64,000 bases of DNA from Eledone cirrhosa (GCA_964016885.1 OZ024748.1:8742001-8806000), one strand, 5' to 3'; positions 42,192 through 62,299 are shown, counted from the first letter of the stretch. Program-made: numbers and translations. The notes: a model not told the origin generated them from the sequence alone.

Positions 42192-42336
42192 GAAGGACAG
42201 CCTTGTCGCTGAATCTCCCTGAGAACTACGTTATGGGTTCGTGTGTTTGTGGAATGCTCAGCCACGTGCTCGTTAATTTCATGAGCAGGTTGCTCGGATC
42301 AACTGGAACACTCGTCGTCGTAACCGACGGAGTGCA
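42192..42336 (+). mobile_element. Interspersed repeat (SINE-like 3' part)
   Basis: ctcagccacgtgctcgttaatttcatgagcagg...ggatcaactggaac..tcgtcgtcgtaaccgacggagtgc, recalled as a common octopod repeat; single copy in this window. Confidence 0.5.
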
Positions 42337-42357
42337 TTCCAATGTATGTATGTAACA

Positions 42358-42548
42358 ATAATTGTTTCTACTTTTGGCACAAGACCAGCGATTACCCCAG
42401 TGCATTACTGGTACTTTATTTTATCGACCCCGTAAAGATGAAAGGCAAAGTTAGTCTCGGTGGGATTTGAACTCAGACTGTAAATGGCCGTAACTCTATG
42501 CTGCAAAGCATGGCGTCCGGCACTCTACCGATATTGCCAATCCACCGC
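42358..42548 (-). mobile_element. SINE family A, short subfamily, full length with 16-bp TSD
   Basis: tgtatg(t/c)aacaataat at 42347-42362 and 42552-42567. Confidence 0.92.
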
Positions 42549-42625
42549 TCTTGTATGCAACAATAATAGGAATAATACATTCCTTGATATCTCATAAATC
42601 TTAGAGTCATCAACTATTTATTTAA

Positions 42626-42991
42626 CCCTTTATCATTTACATTACTCTATATATACTATTGTATTCTTGTGGTAAAGGCTTTACCTCACATAATTATCTC
42701 ACATAACATTTACATTACTCTATATATACTATTGTATTCTTGTGGTAAAGGCTTTACCTCACATAATTATCTCACATAACATTTACATTACTCTATATAT
42801 ACTATTGTATTCTTGTGGTAAAGGCTTTACGTCACATAATTATCTCACATAATATCAAATATACAAGATTTTGATGTATTTATTTTGAGAAAAATATCTT
42901 AACATAAGTATTAGTGGCCAGTTACGGCTGGTTTTAACAGAAGGGGGTGAGAGAATTTTGGCTGGATATGGCCAGTTTAAATGCTAAAGGG
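42626..42991. mobile_element. piggyBac-like MITE containing a 73-bp tandem triplication
   Basis: TTAA-ccctttatcattta ... taaatgctaaaggg-TTAC; repeat units start at 42634, 42707 and 42780. Confidence 0.7.
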
Positions 42992-44658
42992 TTACAGTAA
43001 TGGCTAGTTAAAAGGTCGTCTTAACTCCGTATATCTTAATTAACTAATTGCTTTAAGTTTATATTATCAATATAAAGAGCGACACGAAGGAGAAAGAAAC
43101 ATCTGCTCTGCTAGGATTCGAACACTGAAACATCGTATAATAATCTAGATACTTAATAATCTAGGTACTGAAAATAATTTAATTTGTTTTAATTATATAC
43201 CGCACCCAATCCTGGGAAACTAGATCGGAAGAAATAAGTAACTCATTAAAAATGTTATTAATCTGTAAAAAATATTTGATAAGTTTCAATTCTGGAATAT
43301 TGTCACTTAAATGGAATTGTTCGACTTCGTCTTATCAAAGTCATGACGAAGGCAGGGTTGGAATTGTCATTGAAGAAATAAATGCTGTCTACAAATTCTA
43401 CAAGAGTATTATATATTAAAACAGATATAACAAAATAAATTCAAAAAGTTTACCGTTTTGGTGCCTTTGAAGTAATTAGCAGATTATATAGTCTGAAATG
43501 AAAATACGACAGGAATTCTCATAAAATAACTATATATAAGTTGGATACTAAGAAAACATTATATTACGACCAGATTTTATTGAATAATTACCAACAAACT
43601 AATTCTTAAATAACAAGATGCTGGATGGACATTTAAAGATAAAACCGAGAAAATTAGAATTTTCAAGTGTTCAGTGCGTCAGTGTGATTATTACAAAACC
43701 CCTATAATGTGGAATTAAAAGAAAAATATGCTTAAGAAAACCATTGGATTAAGTTGTCATCGCAGGAAAAAACGAATTTAAAAACATTCAATGCTTAAAT
43801 TTACAAGGTATAATTACGGAAAATCTCGTTAGCGTTAATTGAGAACCCGTGCATGACGGACGCTTCAAATACCACCTCTCCACCACTAATTGTTAGCATA
43901 AGATAGAATAAAGTTATATCTCTCTCTATATAACACTTCCTTTATCTCACTACTTCTCTGTCTCCATCTTTCACTCCGCCTCTCTCCTTTTTCTCACCAT
44001 TCACTCTCTCTTTCCATTTTTTCCTTGTCCCACTCTCTCTATCAGGTTTTCTCTCTATCTATCCCTCCATTTTCTCTCTCTGTTTAGCTGTTTCTATCTC
44101 TCTCTCCCACGCTCTCTAGTTCTGCCTCGACTTTCTGACTCTCGGTCTGCCAGTCTGTCTTTCTCTCTCTCCACCTCTCTATCTTTCACTCCACCGTTCT
44201 CTCTCAGTCGATCTCTATCTCTCGCTCGATTTTCTCATTTTCATTTCCTATATTCTCTTTTTCTCTTTTTCTCTCTCCGTCCATGTTCGCCCCCCCCCCT
44301 TCCTCTCATCTCTCTCTCCCTCTCATCTCTCTCTCTCACTCTCTCTCTCTCTCTCTCTGGTATGTTCCTATCACATGGAGAAAAGGAGAACGCGCTGTTA
44401 CCTATCTGCTTCTCGGCGATGAATGAATGGTGAACCAGATATAATAATATCTAAGACAATATTTAAAGGTTTCGTTAAATGTAGTTGTTGTTGTTGTTGG
44501 TTTTTTTCAGGTTTGATGTCGGCCAAAGGAGATTAAAAGAAAAAGAAAAACTATCAAAGTTTAATTATAACATTTCGGTAGACGGCTCAATACATTGTCT
44601 GCTCTATTGAAATATCCTTTCATATATTTCTTCGCTGGAACACACCTTCAGCAATTTG

Positions 44659-44714
<56 letters not shown>

Positions 44715-44786
44715 TATAGATAGATAGATATAGATAGATATAGATAGATAGAGATATATATAGATATAGATATATAGATATATACT

Positions 44787-44860
44787 CAGGGTATCCCCCC
44801 AAAATGTATACACATATTTATTAGAATGCTCTTGAAGTGTGTATACATTTTTTGGAGACA
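44787..44860. mobile_element. Tc1/mariner-like MITE, deleted copy
   Basis: cagggtatccccccaaaatgtataca...tgtatacattttttggagaca; inverted relative to 45199-45297. Confidence 0.7.
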
Positions 44861-45198
44861 ATATATATATATATATTTATATATATATACACATATGTGT
44901 GTGTGTGAGTATGTGTTCGTGTCTGTGCGTGAGTATGTATGTATGTATACATATATATGATTGCTTTGTATGCGTATGGTATGTATATATATATATACAC
45001 GTAATGAGATTCAAACACAAATATGCTGATACGTACATATTAATATATACACATATTTATTCATATAAACACATGCTCATACATACTCCTGCATGATATA
45101 CACAATTACATATAGACACACATAATGATAAAAAGAAGCACATATATTCCTACTTAACATTATACACACATATCCACATATGTATGCATATTTATATA

Positions 45199-45297
45199 CA
45201 GGGTGTCTCCCAAAAATGTATACATACTTCAACAATATTCTAATAAATATTGCTTGTACAGGAATCAAAGTCTGTATACATTTTTGGAGATACCCTG
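45199..45297. mobile_element. Tc1/mariner-like MITE, 99 bp, TA target duplication
   Basis: TA-cagggtgtctcccaaaaatgtataca ... tgtatacatttttggagataccctg-TA. Confidence 0.85.
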
Positions 45298-45339
45298 TAT
45301 ATATATGTGTATATATATATATGTATATATATATGTGTG

Positions 45340-45575
45340 TCCACCTACGTATCCTGTTATGGGTATAATATGAGCCAAAGAAACAGTCTACAGATATTCT
45401 CAATTTGCTAGATATAGTAACGATCTCTCCATCAAATCACATGCTAGCGTCTTTGGAAACGGAAAAACACTTTGAATAATGAGCCCCACAACAGGATGAC
45501 AGTGGCTAGATTGCCTTCAATCATAAGTTGTTCTATTTAGGATGACCTTGAATTAAACAACAACAATAGCAACAA
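45340..45575 (+). mobile_element. Old repeat family C copy ending in (aac)n
   Basis: tgctagatatag...tctccatcaaatcaca...ggatgacagtggctagattgcc..atcataag...taaacaacaacaa. Confidence 0.55.
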
Positions 45576-46544
45576 CATACGAGCAAAGCTAGAATATTGT
45601 GTGAACGTTCGATAAACTGAAATCTGCCACATTTTTAACCTCAGTCATTTCATTCCTAATACAGTTTTAAAGTCTGCGGAAGATAATATGGCACTGAAGA
45701 CTGTTTGAATCGGTATTTCAGTTGTCTTCTGTCATACAAATTCAAATAGTTTTGCCAAATGTGGCACCCACTATCTGTTTAGTTGGAGATTGTCTTTGAA
45801 ACTGTACAGATAACATTGCATAGATCAGGGAAAATATAAACATTTCTGAACATTTCGATATACTAAAAACAATGTAAACGAGACTACTCATTTCATATAT
45901 CTATCCCTTTAGAACCAGCAGAACTTTCAAAGATCTTGTGAAGTCTATGTTAAGCTATGTTTTCTTCTTAAAAGCTTAGTAATTACTAGAAAAATCTGGA
46001 AATAGTTATAGCGAGACAGAACAAACGGAATTAGGCTTTATTGAAAATTTAATTTGAAACGGAAAAGAGGGACTTTTAAATAGAGGTAAGAGAATGTAAT
46101 GATATAGCTCTTTCATAGATTTCTGAAAGGTAGAGACATACTTGGAAATAATGGCAGAAGAATGTGATAAACCAAATTAGATCTACTTAAATTCCGAGGC
46201 ATTTCTTCGAAAATCCCCACAAACATTAGTAGTTCAATAAACCATTTTAGGTCCCTGCAGAAGAGATAAGAGAAATGTCTAACTTTAATGTGATCAACGT
46301 GAGAAACTAACAGTTCCATTGGACTTCTATAAAGTGTCTTATTCAATTTTCAAAAGATATGGACCCAAATATCAGTAATGAAATATAACAATCTACATCA
46401 TAGGTGTTGTCTTCTTAGTATTACCACTTTCATCTAAGTCTCTTCTCCCTCCTAACATCTTACCTCTCAATTATTATCGATGTTTCTCTTTCGTTCTTTA
46501 ACTTCTTCGCTATCATTTTCTTTCGTTCCTTTCTATCCACACTC

Positions 46545-46737
46545 CCGCAAACAAAGTATTTCTCTGAACCAACGTGTGGTGATATAGGCACTCACTATTC
46601 TAAAGATAACTCTTAACATTCCTTCAATTTCACCTTACAATCTTAAGAAAATAATGAACGCATCAGCTGTTGCTGAAATGTATGGTCATGGCTGGAACGC
46701 CTTAAATCATAAGCTTGTTCTATCATTGTTGACCTAA
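46545..46737 (+). mobile_element. Old repeat family C copy
   Basis: atggtcatggctggaacgcc..aatcataagcttgttctatc..tgacct matches 45495-45550. Confidence 0.5.
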
Positions 46738-47083
46738 TATATATGTATATATTTACGCATTGGTTGTTGACTCTTAGCAAGCAACTAAGAACACCAACAA
46801 CAATTAGCAAAAATGATATTGTTTTTCTTTTTATCGCTTTTTCTAAATATTTTTTCCACTAGTATTTCGTTTCTCACGTCTACTATATATGTCTCATCTC
46901 ATTCTCTCTCTCTCTCTCTCTCTCTCTTCCGCTCTCTCCTTTCTCTGAGTGTATATCTCTCCCACTCTCTCCTTTCTTTCAGTGTATCTCTCTCCCACTC
47001 TCTCACCTACACTCTTGTTTTCTCCATCTCTCTAGATCTCTTTTTCCTGCATCTTTTGTTTTATTATCTATTTCAGTATTTAC

Positions 47084-47318
47084 GGCGGTGGATTGGCAGA
47101 ATCGGTAGAGCGACGGAACCAATGTTTCGTGGCATAGAATTACGACCCTCAGAGAGATTCAGTGTGACACTGAATCTGACAAGGCTGGCCATTCGAATTA
47201 CAGGTACAACTCATTTTCGCCAGCTGAGTGGACTAGAGCAACGTGAAATAAAGTGTCTTGCTCAAGGACACAACTCATGAACTTACGATTGTGAGCAGAA
47301 TACCCTAACCACAAAGCC
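47084..47318. mobile_element. SINE A head (+, 47084-47148) fused to a SINE B fragment (-, 47150-47318)
   Basis: ggcggtggattggcagaatcggtagag followed directly by ...aaagtgtcttgctcaaggacac...accctaaccac. Confidence 0.75.
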
Positions 47319-48499
47319 TTTACACACAATAATGATATTTACTGACATTTGATTCTATCGACTCCGGAAGGAAGTCATTCGTTTTGGTTTACTCCTTCGT
47401 AATCCATTGTCGTTTTCCACTTTTCATTTTTCACCCACTCTGGACAGAAAGCGGTCAAATAATGTTTACTCTCACACCTGTAATAGCTAGGCTTTCTACA
47501 CCCCACCTCCCGTCTCCTCCACTTTCGTAAACGAGTGGAACTCTGGAATAGCTTTGTATTCTATTTGGGGAACCAGACTGACAGTTATATTTGAGGGAAT
47601 AAACACTGTACCATCGATAAACTAGGTTTTCCACCAGCTGCTCTTCTCAGGAGATATGAAAATATCTAATGATGTTTTCAAACCAGGGGTAAGTCACTTT
47701 ACTCATTGCTTCTTATTTGATGTCTTCATTGAACAAGGAGTCATTATTGTTTTGGACATAATTCTCCCATGTTATATTTGGGGGAGGGTCATGTTGTCCT
47801 AATATTGCCAAAAATAGTAAAACAGAAATGGTTTGGTTTTCACTTCAGTATATTTTTATAAATAATTAATCTAACAATCCATGTTTGTCATTGATTGACC
47901 AACAGTTAAAAATATAAATATTTCTCCCAAGTTTTATTTTTCTGTTTGTTTAGCTAATATTCAGCGATTCACTGGGTTTGTAAAACAGCAAAGCTACTGT
48001 TGTGTTTATTAACTTTATTAATTCTATTCCTACATGTTTCATTTCTATTAAGGTGTAAATGTATGTACAGCTGTGTCTGTTAGTTCAATTAAACTTATTG
48101 TATTTTGTCTTTTTCTAGTTTGTGTTAGTCTTTACAAAATACTAATGTTTTTTTTTTCAAGGTTTCTCTCCAGTGTATATCCCGTGTAAAAACGTTTATA
48201 TAAAATATGAAAATATATAAAAGATCAAACCTTATTTTTCCAACCCAGAGTAAAGTAGTTTTGTTTGCAAAATAAGAAAAACTATTTTCTCATCGAATTA
48301 AACGTGTTAGCTACAATTCCTCTTCTCCCAAGTGATGTGATAGACATGTCTGATCAACACAAGCAAATTATTGTTTTTCATCAAGAGGTAATTAGTTGAA
48401 CGCTTAAACGTGGAGAAGTCCTTGTCAAGTCATCAAAAAAATATTTTACTTTGCCTCAAACTATGGTAAATCTAATTTTACTTGCGGAGTAATGGTAAT

Positions 48500-48795
48500 G
48501 GTTTCTTATATAGGCACAATGCCATCAATTTTGGGGGAGGGTAAAGTCGATTAAATCGACCCCAGAGCGTGACTGGTACTTTATTTTATCAACCCCCTCG
48601 TGAGGATGAAAGGCAAAGCTAACCTTGGCGAGATTTAAACTCAGAACGTAAAGGGCCATAACTCTAAGCATGTTGTCCGACGCTCTACCGATTCTGCTAA
48701 TCCACCGCCCCCTCATATTAATAATAATAATAAAGGTTCCTGATTTAGGCACAAGGCCAACAATTGTTTTTTTTTGGGGGGGGGGGGGGGCGATT
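48500..48795 (-). mobile_element. SINE family A long subfamily (48500-48710) plus an extra 3' fragment (48735-48795)
   Basis: Reverse complement of the family consensus including the tcgatttaatcgac segment. Confidence 0.88.
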
Positions 48796-48977
48796 AATTT
48801 TTTTTCGTTCTGCCTTACTTTCGTTCGTTGTTCTCTCTTTGTTAATTATCCTAATTTTATTATTATTAATCTGAGGAACATGTCCTGTCTTATGCCCCCT
48901 CCCCCTCCCCAGCACTAATTATTTAAATGGATTACATTTTTTTAACACGATATCTTACTTGTTGCCTTTTTAATTTC

Positions 48978-49022
<45 letters not shown>

Positions 49023-49163
49023 AAAAAAAATTGTCTTGCATACACATCCCTTGAATGTAACTTTGGCCAGGGATTAGTATATATATATATATATATATGT
49101 GTATGTGTGTGTGTATACATAAAATGAGACGAGGGCAATGCCTGAGACACCAAAGAATCAGTA

Positions 49164-49223
49164 CTGATCTGAGGGATTCGATGTACAACACATCGTTGCT
49201 AGTCAAGAAAATTGTGTCTTCAG
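49164..49223 (+). ncRNA. Possible degenerate hammerhead motif
   Basis: ctgat-CTGAGGg-..cgatgt acaac acatcg..-GAAA-attgt-GTC-ttcag; core substitution present. Confidence 0.3.
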
Positions 49224-49627
49224 ATAAAGTGGAAGGAAAAGTTGATGGTACATTTCATTGAATCTTGAATCATAGAACTAAATAAAAGTACACTAGACCT
49301 GAAATAAATTTGTGGGAGATTCCAAACCGTATTTCCACATTGGTTGTGGTAATCTCTAGTCAATTAACTGTGAATATCTCGACTAAACTGATAAGAAATT
49401 TAACATTGAGACGAGGTTCATATTTCTACTTTCTGAATGTCGAGGGTGGGATAATTGGAAAGTGACACCAAGTTTGGCTTGGTATATCGATAAGTAGTAA
49501 GAGATCAATATGAAATAGTTGAAAGTTCTAACATTTCTTTATCAACTGAAGTGATATTATCAGCTTACTGTTTGTTGAATGTGAAGATGACAAGGCATTA
49601 AAGCATTAAATGTCAATAATTGCTCAT

Positions 49628-49715
<88 letters not shown>

Positions 49716-50104
49716 ATCGACTATTACGCTAATCTCTAAAATAAGAGGTGTGGGTTCGATTCCCATGCTAATCATCACTTCTCTTTATCCGCTCTGTTAT
49801 TAGTAGACTGAATATATATGTACATGTATATATGTATATATATGTGTGTGTATGTATATATATATATATATGTGTGTGTGTGTATATATGCATATATATA
49901 TATGTGTGTATATGTATGTATATATATATTAATTTACATACACACATAAATATATGTATATATACATACAGATATATATGTATATATATATTAATTTACA
50001 TACACACACAAATATATGTATATATACATACAGATATATATGTATATATATATATATATATTAATTTACATACACACATAAATATATGTATATATACATA
50101 CATA

Positions 50105-50163
<59 letters not shown>

Positions 50164-50204
50164 ATTTACATACACACATAACTATATGTATATATACAAA
50201 CATA

Positions 50205-50250
<46 letters not shown>

Positions 50251-50268
50251 TTTACACACACACATAAA

Positions 50269-50327
<59 letters not shown>

Positions 50328-50520
50328 GTGGAGTGAGAGAATGGGAGAGGGGAGAGAGAGAGAGAGAGAGTGGAATGAGAAGAACAGTGGAAATGCTAAG
50401 ACTGAACTACACATAAGAGGCAGTAGCGAATATTAATTATTAAAAGTTTGTTCACTGCAATTGTAGTTGATAAGAAACTTCCAGACCAGAGAGATACATA
50501 GAACAGTTCTAACGGGAGAA

Positions 50521-50551
<31 letters not shown>

Positions 50552-50708
50552 GATATATACACCTTCAGATTTGTTGTGTCAGTCTTAAGAAGGGAGAGTT
50601 GCTATATGAATGTTATAGATTAAATTTTGATTCACCTGACTAGGTACTTATAGAGATACTTATGAAAATAACCCCCTCTATCTCACTTTATATATATATA
50701 TATAGATG

Positions 50709-50755
<47 letters not shown>

Positions 50756-50950
50756 CACTCCTATACTTGTGTGTGTATTTCTTTATATGAGTGTATGTGT
50801 ATCGAAGTGTGCTTGCAGGTGTATATAAATAAATACATATTTTATATGTATTTATTTATATACATACATCTATATATATACATCTATATATATATATATA
50901 TATACATCTATATATATATATATATACATCTATATATATATATATATACA

Positions 50951-50990
<40 letters not shown>

Positions 50991-51109
50991 TATATATATA
51001 TATATATATATATATCTATACATCTATATATATATACATATATATACATCTATATATATACATCTATATACATACATCTATATACATCTATATACATACA
51101 TATATATAC

Positions 51110-51142
<33 letters not shown>

Positions 51143-51410
51143 CAGACATATATATACATCTATATACATACATATATATACATCTATATATATATATATA
51201 CATATATATACATCTATATATATATACATATATATACATCTATATATACATCTATATATATATATAAATACATCTCTCTCTATATATATATAAATACATC
51301 TATATATATACATATAGATACATCTATATATATATACATATAAATACATATATATATATATATATACATCTATATATATATATATATATATATACATCTC
51401 TCTCTATATA

Positions 51411-51497
<87 letters not shown>

Positions 51498-51614
51498 AAA
51501 TATTAAAAAATATTAATCCAGAAAAAGTGAAACTAAATATTTGTTGGTTAAACTTTTAATGTTTGAAGCAAACAATACAGTATACACCACACACACACTC
51601 TCTCTCTTTCTTTT

Positions 51615-51687
<73 letters not shown>

Positions 51688-51757
51688 TTGTATGTGTATA
51701 TGTATATGTATGTATACATATATAAATATGTGTATATATATATGATATATAAATGTA

Positions 51758-51814
<57 letters not shown>

Positions 51815-51904
51815 GATGGATGTATATGTATATATATGTATACATATATAAATGTATATATATATATATAAATTATGTATCTGGATATATATATATATAT
51901 ATAC

Positions 51905-51971
51905 AGTTTCAGAAGATCCCGTTAAGGGTGTAAGCACCGTTTCTTTGCTTAAACTTTAATCTGTTATTTTA

Positions 51972-51972
<1 letters not shown>
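51905..51972 (+). mobile_element. 3'-end copy of the 12164-12608 family, bounded by (TA)n
   Basis: agtttcagaagatcccgttaagggtg...ctttgcttaaactttaatctgttattttaa. Confidence 0.85.
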
Positions 51973-52036
<64 letters not shown>

Positions 52037-52163
52037 GCAGTTGCTGTTATATTCACACTGCTGTAACTTTGAATAAAGTTCAAGTAGTCCTCAGAAATTT
52101 GGATAGATTGGAAGAGTATTATTATATATTCAGTCTCCTTCTCCCTATCTACATTCTGTGTGG

Positions 52164-52199
<36 letters not shown>

Positions 52200-52354
52200 T
52201 ATGAATATATATCATCGTTATATATATAAATATATATATATATCATATGAATATATATCATAGTTATATATATAAATATATATTTCCTGAATATATATCA
52301 TATTTATATATATAAATATATATATCATATGAAAATACATCATATTTATTTATA

Positions 52355-52415
<61 letters not shown>

Positions 52416-52439
52416 TATGAAAATACATATTTATTTATA

Positions 52440-52493
<54 letters not shown>

Positions 52494-52584
52494 TATATAT
52501 CATATTTATATATAATATCTGAGAATATATAAATATATATATTTATATCTATTTATCTATCTATCTCTCTTTCCTTATATATAT

Positions 52585-53620
52585 ATGGTGGCTCTCTCAG
52601 ACATGCCCTCTGTAGTACATACAACAACATCCCTCACTAGCTATGCTGATGCCACTAAGGTAGCACAGGCAATAAAAAAACCCGACTGACGCTGCCCTTT
52701 TACAACAAGATCTGGATGCCATATACAAATGGGCGGAAGAAAACAACATGCAGTTCAATTTTGGCAAATTCCAAGACCTACAATACAAACCTGCAAACAC
52801 AAATACAGTACAACACAGTTACGCAGGACCAGGAGGGACCGATATCCGCGTGTCAAAATCGATACTAGACCTGGGTATAGACATGAGCGATGATGCATCT
52901 TTTTCCTCACACATAATGAAAGTGGCGACAATGTGCAGACAACTCGCTGGTTAAATCTTGAGGACTTTCCGGACAAGAGACCGAGACCACATGTTAACAC
53001 TATGGAGGACATTTTTCCTAAGCCGCCTGGACTATTGCTCCCAGTTGTGGGTACCACATAGTGTCCAACTAACCACGGAGCTTGAGGCAATCCAGCGAAG
53101 CTACACCAAGAGGATTGCCACGATGAAGGAGACAAGCTACTGGGAGAGGCTGAAGGAACTGAACCTCTACTCCTTGGAACGAAGACGGGAGAGATACGCA
53201 GTGATCTACATGTGGAAACTCCTAGAGAGACTAGACCAAACTTTGGCATTGGGAGCTGGACCAACGGTCGGACAGGACGTCACTGTGTGGTGCCAAAGGT
53301 CCCGTCTTCCACATCTAGAATAAGGAGCAGGTATTGCAATAGCCTGGGATTCAAGGGCCCTCAACTCTTCAACAAGCTGCCGAGGTATCTGAGAGATATG
53401 CATGTTGTGGAAGTGGATGTCTTCAAGAAACATCTCGACACCTTGCTATCGAGGATCCCGAATGAGCCCACAGCAAGGCACGATGGAAACCTAAGGGCAG
53501 CAGCAACAAACTCCCTCTTACACCAGTGGCCAACCAATACAGGCTGCAGATAAAATGTGTAGCAACAAGGGCGGTGCCCCAGCATGGCCTCAGTCGGATG
53601 GCTGGAACAGGTAAAAGAGT
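52585..53620 (+). mobile_element. 5'-truncated CR1-group LINE (RT C-terminal half and 3' UTR), disrupted
   Basis: Reads SYADATK (YADD box mutated), [70 protein letters not shown]; frameshifts near 52680 and 53230, stop at 52952; tail gtaaaaga. Confidence 0.92.
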
Positions 53621-53624
53621 ATAT

Positions 53625-53675
53625 ATAACGAAGGAAGTGTGGTAAGGAACCAGATGGACCATAACGAACCAGGGT
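53625..53675 (-). mobile_element. Family P1 3' end, tail-to-tail with the LINE
   Basis: Reverse complement of gttatggtccatctggttccttaccacacttccttcgttatatata. Confidence 0.8.
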
Positions 53676-53709
53676 AGATGAAGGTGTGTTCAATTTCATG
53701 CCGTGAGAA

Positions 53710-58791
<5,082 letters not shown>

Positions 58792-59827
58792 GTGTAGTGC
58801 CAGTAGGGACGTGTCTCCCCCCGCATGTGGTGTGACAGTCAATTTTCATCCTCTGAAACCTTAGATCCTCTTTCCAAGTTTCTCCTTTCTTTCGGGGGTC
58901 GATAAAAAAAAACTACTCGCCTCGGCCACACCCCTGATAGTTCTCACATCAATGCTGAATCAAATGAAGCGAGAGGAGTCTGCTCGGGTCAGCATGGGTA
59001 CCTGACCTCCTGGGGTTAAACACAGTACTTGCCAAGCCAGAGCGTGTAATTTCTCTAGTCGTCTAATAAATGTGCAGTATCTCGATATATTGATGTAGTA
59101 CACACCTATATTGATGTAGTACACACATATATTGATGTAGTACACACCTCCATAAAGCAGTCTGTTACAACTTCTACATATATAACCATGCATCTATTGT
59201 AGTAGATATTAACATGCATGGTTACACAATACAGTGGATGGGGGGAATCTATCATGTTCACCATAAGGAAAACAACAAACGGCTCCTGTAAGCGATCAAA
59301 GGGTGACTGTGGTGGAAGATCGATTTGTTGTTATAGACCTATTATTACTTTCCTCACCTCAACTAAACTGTTGATCGATATATTTGTAACACTAGGAGCA
59401 TTATTTACAAATAAATATGATCAATAAAGCTATTGTTGTTTGAAACATGTAAACTATAAGGTGTATATAGCGAGTGTATATATATGACTATATATCTATT
59501 TTTGAATGTACCAAACACTCACACTCTAGCAAACTCACGTAGACACAGTCACGTACTCACATACACGCATCCATGTATAGATTTATACATACATACATGT
59601 AAATACGCGCATACATGCATAGATATATACATATATGTATTTTTATGTGTACATAGATATACTATATATGTATATAGTATATCTATATATATATATATAT
59701 ACATAATATCTATATAAATTATATATATATCTATAAAATATATATATATATATAAATATATATATGTATATATATATTTATATATATATATATATTTTAT
59801 AGATATATATATAATTTATATAGATAT

Positions 59828-59886
<59 letters not shown>

Positions 59887-59890
<4 letters not shown>

Positions 59891-59950
59891 CAGAAATATA
59901 TATTTAGTCCAGAAATAGCCGCCGAGACTGTTTGAGCCCTGCCGTCGGGG

Positions 59951-59953
<3 letters not shown>
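59887..59953 (+). mobile_element. Family P1 fragment inside (TA)n
   Basis: agtccagaaatagccgccgagactgtttgagccctgccgtcggggtcata. Confidence 0.7.
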
Positions 59954-59998
<45 letters not shown>

Positions 59999-60133
59999 TC
60001 AAAGGGACCAGATTCCTTAAGATGAAAAGAATACTAACTATAGACATAGGGTTTGCCTGACTCAATTTAAGAAAAAATCAAGAAAATAAATACCTTTGAT
60101 ATGTATGTATGTATATATATATATATATGTATG

Positions 60134-60256
<123 letters not shown>

Positions 60257-60323
60257 GTATGTATATATATATATGTATGTATATATATATGTATATATAT
60301 ATATATGTATGTATATATATATG

Positions 60324-60354
<31 letters not shown>

Positions 60355-60379
60355 GTATATATATGTATATATATGTATG

Positions 60380-60527
<148 letters not shown>

Positions 60528-60574
60528 ATTATATATATATATATAAGTGATTATATATATATATATAAATATTC

Positions 60575-60613
<39 letters not shown>

Positions 60614-60790
60614 GTATATTATATAATATATATATATGCTTCTGTTACATATGTATATGTTATATAATATATGTATATATATATATCACTTATATATATA
60701 CATAATCACTTATATATATATACGTATATATATATATATATATATAATCACTTATATATATATATATATACGTATATATATATATATAAA

Positions 60791-60846
<56 letters not shown>

Positions 60847-61024
60847 ATTATATATATATATAAGTGATTATATATATATATATATAAATATTCATTATAT
60901 ATATATATATATACACGTATATTATATAATATATATATATGCTTCTGTTACATATGTATATGTTATATAATATATGTATATGTATATCACTTATATATAT
61001 ACATAATCACTTATATATATATAC

Positions 61025-61061
<37 letters not shown>

Positions 61062-61158
61062 CACTTATATATATATATATATATATACGTATATATATAT
61101 ATATATATAATCACTTATATATATATATATATATACGTATATATATATATATAAAGTG

Positions 61159-61207
<49 letters not shown>

Positions 61208-61340
61208 GTATATATATATAAGTGATTATGTATATATATAAGTGATATATATATACATATATTATATAACATATACATATGGAAAAGAAGCATATATATA
61301 ATGAATATTTATATATATATATGTATATAAATATATATAA

Positions 61341-61403
<63 letters not shown>

Positions 61404-61596
61404 GAATATATTTATAAATGTATATATATATATGAATATATTTATAAATGTACATATATATATATGAATATATTTATAAATATATATATATGAATATATT
61501 TATAAATATACATATATGAATATATTTATAAATATATATATATGAATATATTTATAAATATATATATATATGAATAAATTTATAAATATATATATA

Positions 61597-61627
<31 letters not shown>

Positions 61628-62299
61628 TGAATATATTTATAAATACATAATCACTTATATAGGTGCTTATGTACTTATGTATTTCTATATATAGGTGCGT
61701 GTATATATGTATGTATATATAAAACTGATTTTATATATATATATATTCATTTTTGTATTAAGTTTGCAATGTCCTTGATTTGAAATGGTGTGTTACAACA
61801 GATATTGTTATACTTGTATTGACACCGTCACCCTCTCAATAGATTATATTCGTGTATAAATATATTACACTATAGTTATACACATTTGTAAGTTAACGGT
61901 GTTGCTGTGATCCCTGAACGCAGGTGTTTCCGTTTCATGGTGAACGAACTCTATAGGGGTTTTGTCCATACCCCTAATAGGCTTGCACATCATTGCTGAA
62001 TCAAATGAAGTGGTAAGAAGAGCGTGTCAGCGTTTCTGCTTGGGTCTGAATGGCTATCTGAACTACATCTTGCCACCCACCGATTTTGATGGTGTGACTC
62101 ATGCACAAGAGTTCTAAATTAGATGTTATTACACCGGGTCTGACATCGTCCCCCACCTCAATACTTCAAAACAGCACGAAATTAGTTGTCTTATGTTGTA
62201 ACTCCAAGGGAGATGTCTCCATCGTCTTCATTGTGTCAGGCACTCATTTTATTTTCTCTCTTGAACCAGTTGTAGTAACCAGTTATATCAGCAACCTCT

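Noticed and set aside
43845-44420. Possible Helitron-like segment (short GC hairpin plus CT-rich body)
   Set aside because: No clear 5'-TC / CTRR-3' termini could be placed.
52035-52165. Insert in (TA)n with minus-strand CTGAGGA and an aacttt/aaagtt hairpin
   Set aside because: The GAAA box and cleavage site are not recognisable; too degenerate to call a ribozyme.
52748-53553. ORFs 52748-52954, 52958-53323 and 53212-53553 as host genes
   Set aside because: They are consecutive broken pieces of the LINE reverse transcriptase ORF.
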